In this document: positions 31,600 to 41,376 of the stretch, in pieces
Position numbering within the stretch: position 1 is the first letter of the stretch
How the letters are laid out: each line of letters begins with the position of its first letter
Virus record (IMG/VR): IMGVR_UViG_3300032241_002679
Span: 1-64,000 of that record
Length of the DNA: 64,000 nt
DNA from: a virus
Reading direction: 5' to 3' (one strand)
Notes under the pieces: generated by a model
Seen by the model: the letters and a program-made list of their open reading frames with translations, nothing else
The model's database searches: none
Told to the model about the DNA's origin: nothing
Program-made: the position numbers and the translations under genes

Positions 31600-32838
31600 T
31601 TAATCAATTGTTTCTGTAAATCTAACCCAATTATTTCCATTATAGACCCTAAGACCAGGTACGTTATCAATTTGAAATATAACTAGACCAGCCACAGGAT
31701 TACTTATATTGTCTCTTTGATTTTTAGACATACGTGGTAGTAAAAGACCACTGTTTGTAGAAGTTAAATCTAAAATAGCACTTAAATCAGGTGTCGAAGT
31801 ACCAATACCTATATTACCACCAGTTGCTCCTGTATATGGATTACCACTAGTTGTTGAATATAATCCAGTACCAAACAATACACCGCCTATATTAAGACTA
31901 TTATTTGTAAAATCTGGTAATGTAATATTGCTACCAATAATAATATTATTAGAACCAATATTTGTTGAACCATTAGCTACATTATAACCTATAAAATTTG
32001 AATAAGACGCACCCGTAGCATTATAACCAGCATATTGACCAAGGAAATTTGAATGAGATGCGTTAATAGCATTATAACCAGCATATTCTGCACCAAAAAA
32101 ACTATAGGTAGCATTTATCGCCCCATAACCAGCATAATCATTTAAAAATATTGAGTTATATGCATTTGTTGCCCCATAACCAGCTTGATTTCCCATGAAT
32201 ATGGAATCACTGGCATAAGTTGCCTCAAAACCAGCATAAGCACCAATAAATGTGGCACCACCAGCATTAGTTGCATTAACACCAGCATATTCACCAATAA
32301 AATTTGAATTACTTGCATTAATAACATTTTGACCAGCACTCTGTCCTAAAAAGTTTGAATTAGCCGCATTTGTTGCACCATAACCAGCATCCTTTCCAAA
32401 GAAATTTGAATATGAAGAATTAGTAGCATTAAAACCAGCACCCTGCCCCAAAAAATTTGAATAAAATGCATTAGTAGCATTAAAACCAGCACCCTGCCCC
32501 AAAAAATTTGAATATGAAGCATTAGTAGCATAATAACCAGCGCTATCCCCAACAAAAAAAGAATAGTTAGTTGAAAAATTAGTTGTTGATGGATTATTTG
32601 AATAAATTGTAGAACCATCTATAGATAAGGGGCTACTATTTCCAATTGGTAAGTAAAGTGTAAATGTACCACCTGTATTATTAAAAAATGTGACTGTGGT
32701 AGTTCCCGTATTATATGTAGCACCAGTTACAAATACATCAAATCCGCTATTAGGTAAATGTATATTTGGTATTAATTTGTTACCATCCAATGGTGCATAA
32801 CCATTAGGTATTGCTCTGTTTAATTTACTTTCAAACAC
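31600..32838 (-). CDS. Fibre-like protein with ~12 17-aa SNFxG repeats
   Basis: NGYAPLDG N-terminus; repeats; IGIGTSTP...LDLTSTNSGLLLPRM C-terminus. Confidence 0.7.
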   Translation of the reverse strand: MFESKLNRAIPNGYAPLDGNKLIPNIHLPNSGFDVFVTGATYNTGTTTVTFFNNTGGTFTLYLPIGNSSPLSIDGSTIYSNNPSTTNFSTNYSFFVGDSAGYYATNASYSNFLGQGAGFNATNAFYSNFLGQGAGFNATNSSYSNFFGKDAGYGATNAANSNFLGQSAGQNVINASNSNFIGEYAGVNATNAGGATFIGAYAGFEATYASDSIFMGNQAGYGATNAYNSIFLNDYAGYGAINATYSFFGAEYAGYNAINASHSNFLGQYAGYNATGASYSNFIGYNVANGSTNIGSNNIIIGSNITLPDFTNNSLNIGGVLFGTGLYSTTSGNPYTGATGGNIGIGTSTPDLSAILDLTSTNSGLLLPRMSKNQRDNISNPVAGLVIFQIDNVPGLRVYNGNNWVRFTETID

Positions 32839-32853
32839 TAGTTATAATTTTTT

Positions 32854-33126
32854 TTAATGTCCTGTTGTTAATATTTGTCTCAATCTTTCTATTACTTCAA
32901 CGTCAGTCCATTGACCAATAGAATCATATGTCTGACCAGACCATAAAGTATAAACAATACCCTTATCTGTATATACTTTAACAGTTTTTTCAACTGGATT
33001 ATCTACTTCTTTAACAATAGTAATTTGATTGGTTGTAATATTTATACCGCCAATTGATTTAACTACAACAGGAGGGTTAAATGTTATTACTATACCAGCA
33101 TTTTTTGTTTCGGGATTTGTTGCCAT
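32854..33126 (-). CDS. Hypothetical protein
   Basis: Compact ORF in the operon; LWSGQTYDSIGQWTD. Confidence 0.6.
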   Translation of the reverse strand: MATNPETKNAGIVITFNPPVVVKSIGGINITTNQITIVKEVDNPVEKTVKVYTDKGIVYTLWSGQTYDSIGQWTDVEVIERLRQILTTGH

Positions 33127-33143
33127 TTTATTTTTTATTTTTT

Positions 33144-35330
33144 TTATATATTATTTGTACCATTTATTTTTCTTTCAAGCGTATATGTACCATTAAATAC
33201 GGTATCAAATGTTATAAAATCAAAATTTGAACCATTTACAACGAATGAAGAAGTTGGCATTATTATTTGGCCACCACTAGTAATACTACCCACGGGCGTT
33301 CCACTAAAGGTAACCGTTAAACCATTTGCGGCTTGAAATTTTTGCGGAATATTTGATCCGTTAATGATATTTGTTAATGTCTCTGTAGAATTTGATGATG
33401 TCAATGTTATTATTCCAGCATAACTATAACTACCCATATTAATGCTATTTGCGTTTGTTATGTCAATTGTTATTGGGAATGTACTTGATTCGATAGAGAC
33501 ATACGCACCATCCAAATTTTCATTAATTGTTATTTCGGAAAAATATGCCTTTGCTCCAATTTTAATATTATAAACATGAATATTATTATTTAAAGTTATA
33601 TTATTAAAAATACAATTATTTTCTAATGTTATATATTGAAATATAGCACCATCATTTAATAATATAGTATATAATTCAGTATTTGATGCGACACTAACAT
33701 TTTCCAAATATGCGTTTCTACCAAATGTAATATTGTTTAATCCAGAAGATAAACCAATCATAATATTGTTTATTCCTGAATTAGTATTATTAAAAAAAAT
33801 GTACTCAAAATAAGAACCATTTAACATATTGACGTAAGAAATATTAGAATTTGCTGCGTAAAAATATATGTTTGAAAAATATGAATTATTAGTAACCTCT
33901 ATTGCATAAATAGAAGAAGAATCATTTCCTTGGATATTAGAAAAAGAAGAATCCATTCCTATAGTAACATCATACATATTTGAATTTGTACCAAAGTTTA
34001 TTTCACCAAAGTAACCATATGTTTCAATTTTTACATCCGAAATATCAGTATTATAATATAAATAAACCACTTCAAAAGTACAATCTTTGTCCATAGTTAT
34101 ATATTGAATATATGAATATGGATAAAGATATACCGAACTAAAATTTGAACCCCCCCCGACTTCTATATAATTAAATTGTATCCTACCAGCATCATTATTA
34201 CATGTAAATATACTATTAAAGTAAGCGCTTTCTTTTAATTTAATATTATAAATTTCTGTATAATCACCCAAATTCATTGATATCATATGACCACCCTTAT
34301 CTGATGTTATATTATAAATTTGTGTTCCAACGCCCCAATTATGCGCATTAAATCCACCGCCATTATCAAAACTTACATTAACAATATACCCATTTCCTTG
34401 ATTTGGAAAATTGACTAAAGAATCAAGATAAGAATTTTTAATGGTGACATTTAAAACATTAGGATGTCCCCATGGAAAACGATTTATATTATTATAACCC
34501 CAATTATTTGAAAACCATATATAATCTGAATATACTTCATTAGTATCATCCCTTCTATATGATATATTGTCATATTCATATTGATATTCAATAATATCAC
34601 ATACAAGTTTATAATCTGTTGTATTATAAAATACAGGAGTCCAATTGGTATTATCTAAATATACTTGTGTATATGGCCAACCAAGTGGTGTATTACCAAC
34701 ACCACCAGTCAAATTTTCCCAAACAATTCCACCCCAAATTACTTTTTGTCCAACACTATACGAAGCTTGTGAAATATAGCTAGAATATGCCGCATATGAA
34801 CCACTACTATCACCATATATATTTGTTGTTGTTGACCAATTTCCACCAGTATTAATAAATGTTAGGGTACTTTGACCAGGTATTTCTACAAGATAACCAG
34901 TTTGTCCTTGATCTCCATGTATATTCTCATTGAATTCAAAAAATCCAGTAGTTGAACCTATATTAATTCTATCTTTATTATCCCATACACTATATAGAGA
35001 ATAATTAGGATTATAAAATAAACCCCATCCTGATCTACTGAGAGTATTTTTAGATGTTGCTTGTAGAATAATATTTGTTCCACCATATAATGTAGGATGT
35101 ACACCTGTAATTTGATAAAAATTACCATTTGTTAGACCTGATATAGATAATAATTCATCCATTTCAGATTTTGTAAGAGTTATAAGTTGATTACCACTAC
35201 TAATGGTATTACCGCTTAAATCTTTTACTTTAATATTATTATCAGAAGCATCCACAAAAAAATTAACAGCACCAGATGGGGCTGCTGGAACTTGTGTTGC
35301 ATTTTGAGGTTGAAATTGTATATATTGCAT
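33144..35330 (-). CDS. Virion protein with a probable beta-helix/solenoid C-terminal half
   Basis: Periodic N/I/Y/F-rich ~11-aa units (FxxIxxxxxS). Confidence 0.55.
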   Translation of the reverse strand: MQYIQFQPQNATQVPAAPSGAVNFFVDASDNNIKVKDLSGNTISSGNQLITLTKSEMDELLSISGLTNGNFYQITGVHPTLYGGTNIILQATSKNTLSRSGWGLFYNPNYSLYSVWDNKDRINIGSTTGFFEFNENIHGDQGQTGYLVEIPGQSTLTFINTGGNWSTTTNIYGDSSGSYAAYSSYISQASYSVGQKVIWGGIVWENLTGGVGNTPLGWPYTQVYLDNTNWTPVFYNTTDYKLVCDIIEYQYEYDNISYRRDDTNEVYSDYIWFSNNWGYNNINRFPWGHPNVLNVTIKNSYLDSLVNFPNQGNGYIVNVSFDNGGGFNAHNWGVGTQIYNITSDKGGHMISMNLGDYTEIYNIKLKESAYFNSIFTCNNDAGRIQFNYIEVGGGSNFSSVYLYPYSYIQYITMDKDCTFEVVYLYYNTDISDVKIETYGYFGEINFGTNSNMYDVTIGMDSSFSNIQGNDSSSIYAIEVTNNSYFSNIYFYAANSNISYVNMLNGSYFEYIFFNNTNSGINNIMIGLSSGLNNITFGRNAYLENVSVASNTELYTILLNDGAIFQYITLENNCIFNNITLNNNIHVYNIKIGAKAYFSEITINENLDGAYVSIESSTFPITIDITNANSINMGSYSYAGIITLTSSNSTETLTNIINGSNIPQKFQAANGLTVTFSGTPVGSITSGGQIIMPTSSFVVNGSNFDFITFDTVFNGTYTLERKINGTNNI

Positions 35331-35335
35331 ATTTT

Positions 35336-35968
35336 TTAAATTATAATACCTGTTCCCGTTATTGTTGAATTTCCTGATAATATTATAGCACCAGCTACAT
35401 TTATTTCGCCATTATTAACTATATTACTATTAAGAATTAATAAATTACCACCAATAAATATCTGACCCCTATCATTAAATTCAATATCTCCAATATAAAA
35501 TTGATTATTTCCAGATGATACAAATAAATCTGAATTATTTAAAACATAATTACCAGAAATTACCAAAGTTTCTTCCGTATCAACTAATTTTGTCTCATTA
35601 TATAACCAATGTTTTACATTTTTAGGATATCCTGAAACATTAATTGTACCACCAGTTTTATTAACTAATGAAGTTATACCAGTATTATTGTTATAAGTAC
35701 CGCCAGTTATAACATCTTTTCCAGTTGTAAAACCAATAACATCAAAAGTTCCACCTGTTGAATTAGTAAATGTAGCTGTACCATTATTATTATTATAAGT
35801 ACCACCTGTTACATATGGGAAAACATCATCATTGTTTAAAAATGCTGTTAAGCCACTTATTGTTATTTTTTTTGTCTGACCATTATTCACAATAGGAATA
35901 ACATCACCCAAATTTGGATTTATATTAATTGGTAATTGGCTAATTGGTATATTACTATATGGTGGCAT
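35336..35968 (-). CDS. Virion structural protein
   Basis: IPISQLP...VIPIVNNGQTKKI N-terminus; VTGGTYNN modules. Confidence 0.6.
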   Translation of the reverse strand: MPPYSNIPISQLPININPNLGDVIPIVNNGQTKKITISGLTAFLNNDDVFPYVTGGTYNNNNGTATFTNSTGGTFDVIGFTTGKDVITGGTYNNNTGITSLVNKTGGTINVSGYPKNVKHWLYNETKLVDTEETLVISGNYVLNNSDLFVSSGNNQFYIGDIEFNDRGQIFIGGNLLILNSNIVNNGEINVAGAIILSGNSTITGTGIII

Positions 35969-35974
35969 TTATTT

Positions 35975-37774
35975 TTAAATTAAAATTGAATATAAATTTT
36001 CTTGAAGTAACAAATAACCATTTTCTTGGCTCAATAAACCAATTGTTGGTGTATATCTAACTACTTCACTATTATAAATATTTGTTATATCATCAAAATA
36101 TAAATCACATAAATTAAATTTAAATTGAGATATATCACCGATAAATGAACCAGCAAAATTCTGTTCAATATTTAAACCTAAGTCAGCCGTATCTCTCCCG
36201 TCAAATGTCTGTGTTTCAATAAGACCCTGTGAACCGCCACCAAGACTAATATTAAATGGTACACCTACTTGTTTTATAGAATAATCATTTAATCTTCTGG
36301 CTATAAATTCTTTAAAATTATCGATGAAATATTTAAGTTTACCATTTACATAAAAACTAAGTCGCCCTAATCTAGCTGGTTTATTTTGTTCTATATCACA
36401 ATATTCATATGTATCATACATAGAATATCTTATAATAATATTTGTCCAGACATTACTCTGAACCATTCCACTTGGCGAATATCCCTCCTCAACGGTATAT
36501 CCACTAATTGTTGTTGTACCAGAACAATATCCTGTAATTGTCAATAATCTATAGCCTATGCTACCATCATCTCTAATTCTAAATCCAATTGCGTTGTCAT
36601 ATGTATCTGCTGTATATGGTAAATTGTCAAATTGTATTGATGTATCAAAACCACTAAATCCGCAAGCTACCTGTGTACCAAATCCACTTGGTCCACCACA
36701 ATTTGAACAATAACTTGTTGTTTTTGAATTGTTTACTTGTCCGTATATTAAAAATGGATTTGTAAAATTAGTCTGAACTGTTTTTGGTGTTGTTATTGTA
36801 ACTGGAATACCATCGTTAAAGCAAGCTATTTCTGTAGCAAATCCACTTGGTCCACCACAATTTGAACAATAACTTGTTGTTTTTGAATTGTTTACTTGTC
36901 CGTATAAAAGAAATTGATTTGTATATGTTACTGTATCAACTTGGTTTGGATACAGTGTAATCGTATCACCAGAATTATTAAATCCATCAGTTCCAATTAA
37001 TAAATTACTTTCTTTTAAAACTGTACACCATGGACTTAATGTATCGGTACAGCCACTATTTACAGTACAGCCACTTGTACAACCAGTATCAGCCCCTTCA
37101 AAAGCATTCCAGAATTTATTTTCTGCTCTAGTACCCATATAAAAGAAAAATCCTTTATTATTTGGGTATATATCATTTAATCTAGTACCAGTATAAGCAC
37201 TAGTAATTGTATCATCTTTTTTTAACCAAAATTCAGCTACCCAAGCCTGTGGTACACGTGTTGGTAAAACTTTATATGTCGAACCATCTATTTGATAATA
37301 ACCTTGATAAAATCCACCATTAAATTGTGCATATTGTCCTGAAAAATCAGAATTTAAATTAATTGGATAGATAAATTGATTAGTTGTACCCGTAACACTA
37401 TTTAAATGTAGTCTTGAATCACCTGATGGAATGAGTAAAGAAGTTCCAGTTAATGCTGATAATAATGCTAAATTAGCCGTATCACCACTATGTTTATCAA
37501 ATGTAACAAGACCATTATCAATACCAGTTAGGCCAATTGTATTAAAAGTATAACCAGTATTTGTCGCACCCGTCCAAGTTGCTAAACTTGAAATTAAATT
37601 TAATGATGTGCCACTATTAAAAATGGCTGGATTATTAAAGTCAAAATATGATACCAAACAGTCTTCAGCCTTATGTAAAGAAGACTCGTCATTTGCTAAA
37701 TAAAAATCCCAATAATCACTATTGGATAATAATACGTCTAATTTATTGAAATTAAAATTTTTAATATTTCCCAT
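35975..37774 (-). CDS. Cys-rich virion protein with a LamG-like C-terminus and an internal CxxC duplication
   Basis: WVAEFW, FYVNGKL, FIGDISQFKF; two YCSNCGGPSGF units; LLLQEN tail. Confidence 0.55.
   Translation of the reverse strand: MGNIKNFNFNKLDVLLSNSDYWDFYLANDESSLHKAEDCLVSYFDFNNPAIFNSGTSLNLISSLATWTGATNTGYTFNTIGLTGIDNGLVTFDKHSGDTANLALLSALTGTSLLIPSGDSRLHLNSVTGTTNQFIYPINLNSDFSGQYAQFNGGFYQGYYQIDGSTYKVLPTRVPQAWVAEFWLKKDDTITSAYTGTRLNDIYPNNKGFFFYMGTRAENKFWNAFEGADTGCTSGCTVNSGCTDTLSPWCTVLKESNLLIGTDGFNNSGDTITLYPNQVDTVTYTNQFLLYGQVNNSKTTSYCSNCGGPSGFATEIACFNDGIPVTITTPKTVQTNFTNPFLIYGQVNNSKTTSYCSNCGGPSGFGTQVACGFSGFDTSIQFDNLPYTADTYDNAIGFRIRDDGSIGYRLLTITGYCSGTTTISGYTVEEGYSPSGMVQSNVWTNIIIRYSMYDTYEYCDIEQNKPARLGRLSFYVNGKLKYFIDNFKEFIARRLNDYSIKQVGVPFNISLGGGSQGLIETQTFDGRDTADLGLNIEQNFAGSFIGDISQFKFNLCDLYFDDITNIYNSEVVRYTPTIGLLSQENGYLLLQENLYSILI
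36679..36906. repeat. Perfect 69-bp direct repeat (36679-36747 and 36838-36906)
   Basis: Identical including third codon positions; offset 159 bp (53 codons). Confidence 0.9.
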
Positions 37775-37825
37775 TACTAGTTAATACCCAATTTAATTAT
37801 AAAATGAATTTTTAAGGGTTTATTA

Positions 37826-37855
37826 ATAAATATTCACCGTTTCTAATATATTTAT
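37826..37855. promoter_or_regulatory. Back-to-back ATATTTAT motifs serving divergent gene blocks (candidate late promoters)
   Basis: Minus-strand copy at 37826-37833 and plus-strand copy at 37848-37855; same sense-strand motif precedes many structural genes. Confidence 0.5.
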
Positions 37856-37871
37856 AATAAAAGAATTATTT

Positions 37872-38330
37872 ATGCCCATAAAGAAAAAAAGTGAAATTGA
37901 AGAATTTGTTGATTCTGATGGTTCTATTATTAGCGGTGATAGAAATGCTGTTAATAATAGCGAAATTGAAACAGGACCAACTGCCAAACCTTGGAATGAT
38001 GATTCTGATTATGAAAAAGGAGTATCCACAACAACTGACAGAGTTACAAGATATACACAAAATATTCCTTGGTTTGCCGTTTATAGTTATCGTAGTGCAG
38101 CTGGTAGGGGTCAAACAATGAGTGAAAATAAAAAAGTGATAAAGAAGAAAGAATTGGAAAAAATGACTGAAGAAGATTTGGTTAAAAAATCAAAATATGA
38201 TGAAATTTTACCAAAAATATATGATGCTGTTGATAAAATAATAGATAAGATTGAAGATGCTGATTTGTCAAAAGATCAATTAGAAAAAATTAAAAAAATA
38301 GTATTAACTAAAATAAAAAAGAATGCCTAA
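37872..38330 (+). CDS. Hypothetical protein
   Basis: First ORF of the plus-strand block; overlaps the next gene. Confidence 0.65.
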   Translation: MPIKKKSEIEEFVDSDGSIISGDRNAVNNSEIETGPTAKPWNDDSDYEKGVSTTTDRVTRYTQNIPWFAVYSYRSAAGRGQTMSENKKVIKKKELEKMTEEDLVKKSKYDEILPKIYDAVDKIIDKIEDADLSKDQLEKIKKIVLTKIKKNA

Positions 38331-38775
38331 TTCACAACTTATAGATAAAGTATATCCAGTACCCGAACACCTCCAAAATTTTTTGGGTCCTAGTATTTCT
38401 TATCATAATCTTAAAATGAGTAAGACAAGAATGAATAAGGCTAAGAAAGAAGATTTAAATGAATTTAATGCTAAAGGGGGTGATAACGTATTAAAATGGA
38501 TTGAAGAGACTTTAAAAAAAGATCGTGACGCTATTCATAATGTTAAACAGACTGGTATGAATGCTGGGAGAAAAAATCAATTTATAAAGCCTCATGAAAA
38601 AGACAAAGATAATGCTAATCCTACAGCAGTAGGTGGTTTACCAAAAATGAATAAAGGTAATATTAGCAGAAAAATAATGAATAATAAAGAAGTTTATAAT
38701 GAATCTATTAAAAAAGAAATTTCTGAAATAAGATATTTAATAGAGTACATGAATAAAAATAAAAAAACAATTTAA
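38323..38775 (+). CDS. Hypothetical protein
   Basis: Coupled ORF in the operon. Confidence 0.65.
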   Translation: MPNSQLIDKVYPVPEHLQNFLGPSISYHNLKMSKTRMNKAKKEDLNEFNAKGGDNVLKWIEETLKKDRDAIHNVKQTGMNAGRKNQFIKPHEKDKDNANPTAVGGLPKMNKGNISRKIMNNKEVYNESIKKEISEIRYLIEYMNKNKKTI

Positions 38776-38777
38776 TT

Positions 38778-39155
38778 ATGCCAACACCACATTTACCAGA
38801 TGGAGGACAATCAGCACTTGAAGTAGCTGCAATTGCTCAAAGAAATACCTTAATCCCTATTAATCTTTATAATGGGAATCAACCAGCGAATGAATATACC
38901 GCTACGCATACTAGAGCTATATCCGATTCATTAACACCGCATAATGGAAAAGGAAGTGGACAATTTCTAGATATATTCAATTATGATGGAGTAGGTTCAG
39001 ACTGGGACCAAAATGGTAATCCATCAAATAGAAATGGACAGGGATCTGGACGTAATCCAGCTTTTGCAAATAATTTATCAACTTGGGGATATGGTCCAAA
39101 TAGCTATTATTTAGCACCAGATACCTCAAAAAATTCTGGACAAGTTATTATTTAA
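38778..39155 (+). CDS. Hypothetical G/N-rich protein, possibly virion-associated
   Basis: Coupled ORF with a TAATG overlap. Confidence 0.6.
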   Translation: MPTPHLPDGGQSALEVAAIAQRNTLIPINLYNGNQPANEYTATHTRAISDSLTPHNGKGSGQFLDIFNYDGVGSDWDQNGNPSNRNGQGSGRNPAFANNLSTWGYGPNSYYLAPDTSKNSGQVII

Positions 39156-39778
39156 TGAAACTTTACAATTTATTTGAAGAACTTATATTAGAAGCAAAAC
39201 TTTTAAATGAAAGTGTGTCTGATGATGATGTTATTAAGGCACTTGAGGGAAAATATTTTGTAAAAATTACTTATGATGAATCAGAAAGTGGTAATAACGT
39301 TAGTAATAGAACTATAGGTGTATATAATCTGGGTCATACTAAGGCTGGGAATAGAGCCATAAGAGTTTTTCAAATTGGCGGTGATTCTAAAACAACTGTA
39401 GAAGGTGCGTGGAAAACACTGAGACTAGATAGAATAATGTCTTGGCGACCAACTAAGATGAAATTTTATAAACCAGCATCCGATTATAGTAATACCATAC
39501 CAATGTATAACGAAAATCCAAGTGGACAAGAAAAAGAAACTAGTCCAATGGGTCCTCCAAATGGTCATGTTGATAGATTTGTTAAATTTGATAGAGTTAA
39601 ATATCCTAAGACTCAACAGTCATATACTAGTAAAACAGGTGCTTCTAGAGAATTAACAGATAAAGAAAGAGAAGAATTATATAATACTAAAAGACCAACT
39701 TTGGTACCAACCAATAAGCCTAAATATGAAAAAAGAAAGCCTATTGATACAAGTGCCACAACTGGTCCTAAAAAATAA
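39155..39778 (+). CDS. WYL-domain protein
   Basis: VKITY...RTIGVYNLG...WKTLRLDRI WYL signature. Confidence 0.7.
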   Translation: MKLYNLFEELILEAKLLNESVSDDDVIKALEGKYFVKITYDESESGNNVSNRTIGVYNLGHTKAGNRAIRVFQIGGDSKTTVEGAWKTLRLDRIMSWRPTKMKFYKPASDYSNTIPMYNENPSGQEKETSPMGPPNGHVDRFVKFDRVKYPKTQQSYTSKTGASRELTDKEREELYNTKRPTLVPTNKPKYEKRKPIDTSATTGPKK

Positions 39779-39790
39779 AAAAAAATAAAT

Positions 39791-40360
39791 ATGGAAATAC
39801 CACAACCAGTAGATGTAAATAGACTAAAAGCAATTTTGGGCGCATCTAAAAAAATAATGAATAAAGTTGAGACTGGCGATTTTGAAACTGGACACATTGA
39901 TGCAAGAGCTTTAACAGAAGAAGGTGTTGCTGAATTAAAAGCAGAGGGTGTTACAAGACCAAAATCACAAATGAATCATGTAGGTTATACCGCTGAGAGT
40001 GTAAAAAATTCTAAACTACCAGAAGCTATAAAAAAAGTTATGCTTGAAAACCCAATACCACAAATGGTTAATCCAAATCATACATTTACAATAGATGATG
40101 TTTCTGAATTAGCAGATAAACCAATGGGATTACCAAGAATTCCAAAAACATCTAAAAAACAAATAGTCGAATCGTATAATTCTAATTCAAATTATATTAC
40201 GGTTAGTAAAGAAGAATTAAATGAAATGGTTAGCGATATGGTTAATGAAAAATTATTAGAATTTTTTGTGCAAAATCATAACAAAAGAATTACTGAAGAC
40301 GCAGTTAAAAAAACAATTAACATGCTAATTAAAGAAGGTAAACTTAAAAAAACTGTTTAA
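39791..40360 (+). CDS. Hypothetical protein
   Basis: NSKLPEAIKKVMLENPI; followed by a terminator. Confidence 0.65.
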   Translation: MEIPQPVDVNRLKAILGASKKIMNKVETGDFETGHIDARALTEEGVAELKAEGVTRPKSQMNHVGYTAESVKNSKLPEAIKKVMLENPIPQMVNPNHTFTIDDVSELADKPMGLPRIPKTSKKQIVESYNSNSNYITVSKEELNEMVSDMVNEKLLEFFVQNHNKRITEDAVKKTINMLIKEGKLKKTV

Positions 40361-40386
40361 TTTTTTTTAAAAATATTTTAAAAATT

Positions 40387-40409
40387 GGGGCTTATAAAAG
40401 CCCCCTTTT
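40387..40409 (+). terminator. Intrinsic terminator
   Basis: GGGGCTT-ATAA-AAGCCCC followed by CTTTT. Confidence 0.75.
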
Positions 40410-40458
40410 ATTTACATTAATATTTTAATTATTATATTAATTTTATAATTTTTATTTA

Positions 40459-41376
40459 ATGGGGAATAAAATTATTTTAGATGATAAATTGATTCAACTA
40501 ATTAAAGACCAATATATTTCTGGAATTGGCTCAACAATAATTAGTAAAAACTTAAATATCCCAAAACATACAATTTTAAAAATATTAAATAAATTAAAAA
40601 TAATAAGGAATAGACGTATATCTAAAGAATTTTATTCTAATTTTTGGGAAGAAGAAAACATGTGGTGTGGTAATTATGTATGTAAATCCTGCAACGAAAA
40701 AATAAAATTTTGTGTTAATGAAAAATCGTTATTAAATAGAAATTTAAAAAGAAAAAACATTTGTAAAAAATGTTCATTAAAAAAACAAATCGGTAGCAGT
40801 AATTCATTTTATGGAAAAAAACATATGGAAAAAACCAAAAAACAAATATCAAATAAAAAAATTGGTATTTGTACAAGTAACCATAGTAAAAAGCCTGAAT
40901 ATAGGAAACTATATAGCAAGTTGGCAAAAGAAAGGTGGGCTAGCGGTAAAATGGAATCAACCAGAATCAAATTAAGTAACTTGATGAAATCAAGGATAAT
41001 GAATGGTAAATTAAAGGGTTATATTAGATCTAAAGCCGAACTTAAAATAGTTGATGAAATTCAAAATCTAGGAATAATCGTTATAGAAAATTTTAAAATA
41101 AAAACAAAAGTATTTGATATCTATATACCAAAATTTAATTTACTGATAGAATACAATGGAGATTATTGGCATTGTAACCCTAAAAAATATAGTCCTAATT
41201 ATTTTAATAGTAAAAAAAATAAAACAGCGGAAGAAATTTGGAACTATGATAAGAATAAACTTGACTTAGCAAAAAAGTATAATTATACTTGCGAAACAAT
41301 TTGGGAATCGGATTATAAAAAAGATCCCGAAATAATAAAAAATATAATAAAAAAATATGACACAAAACATGATTAA
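40459..41376 (+). mobile_element. Free-standing endonuclease (HTH, CxxC pairs, NUMOD3, Vsr/DUF559-like catalytic domain)
   Basis: CKSC/CKKC; NSFYGKKHMEKTKKQIS; FDIYIPKFNLLIEYNGDYWH; TIWESD. Confidence 0.8.
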
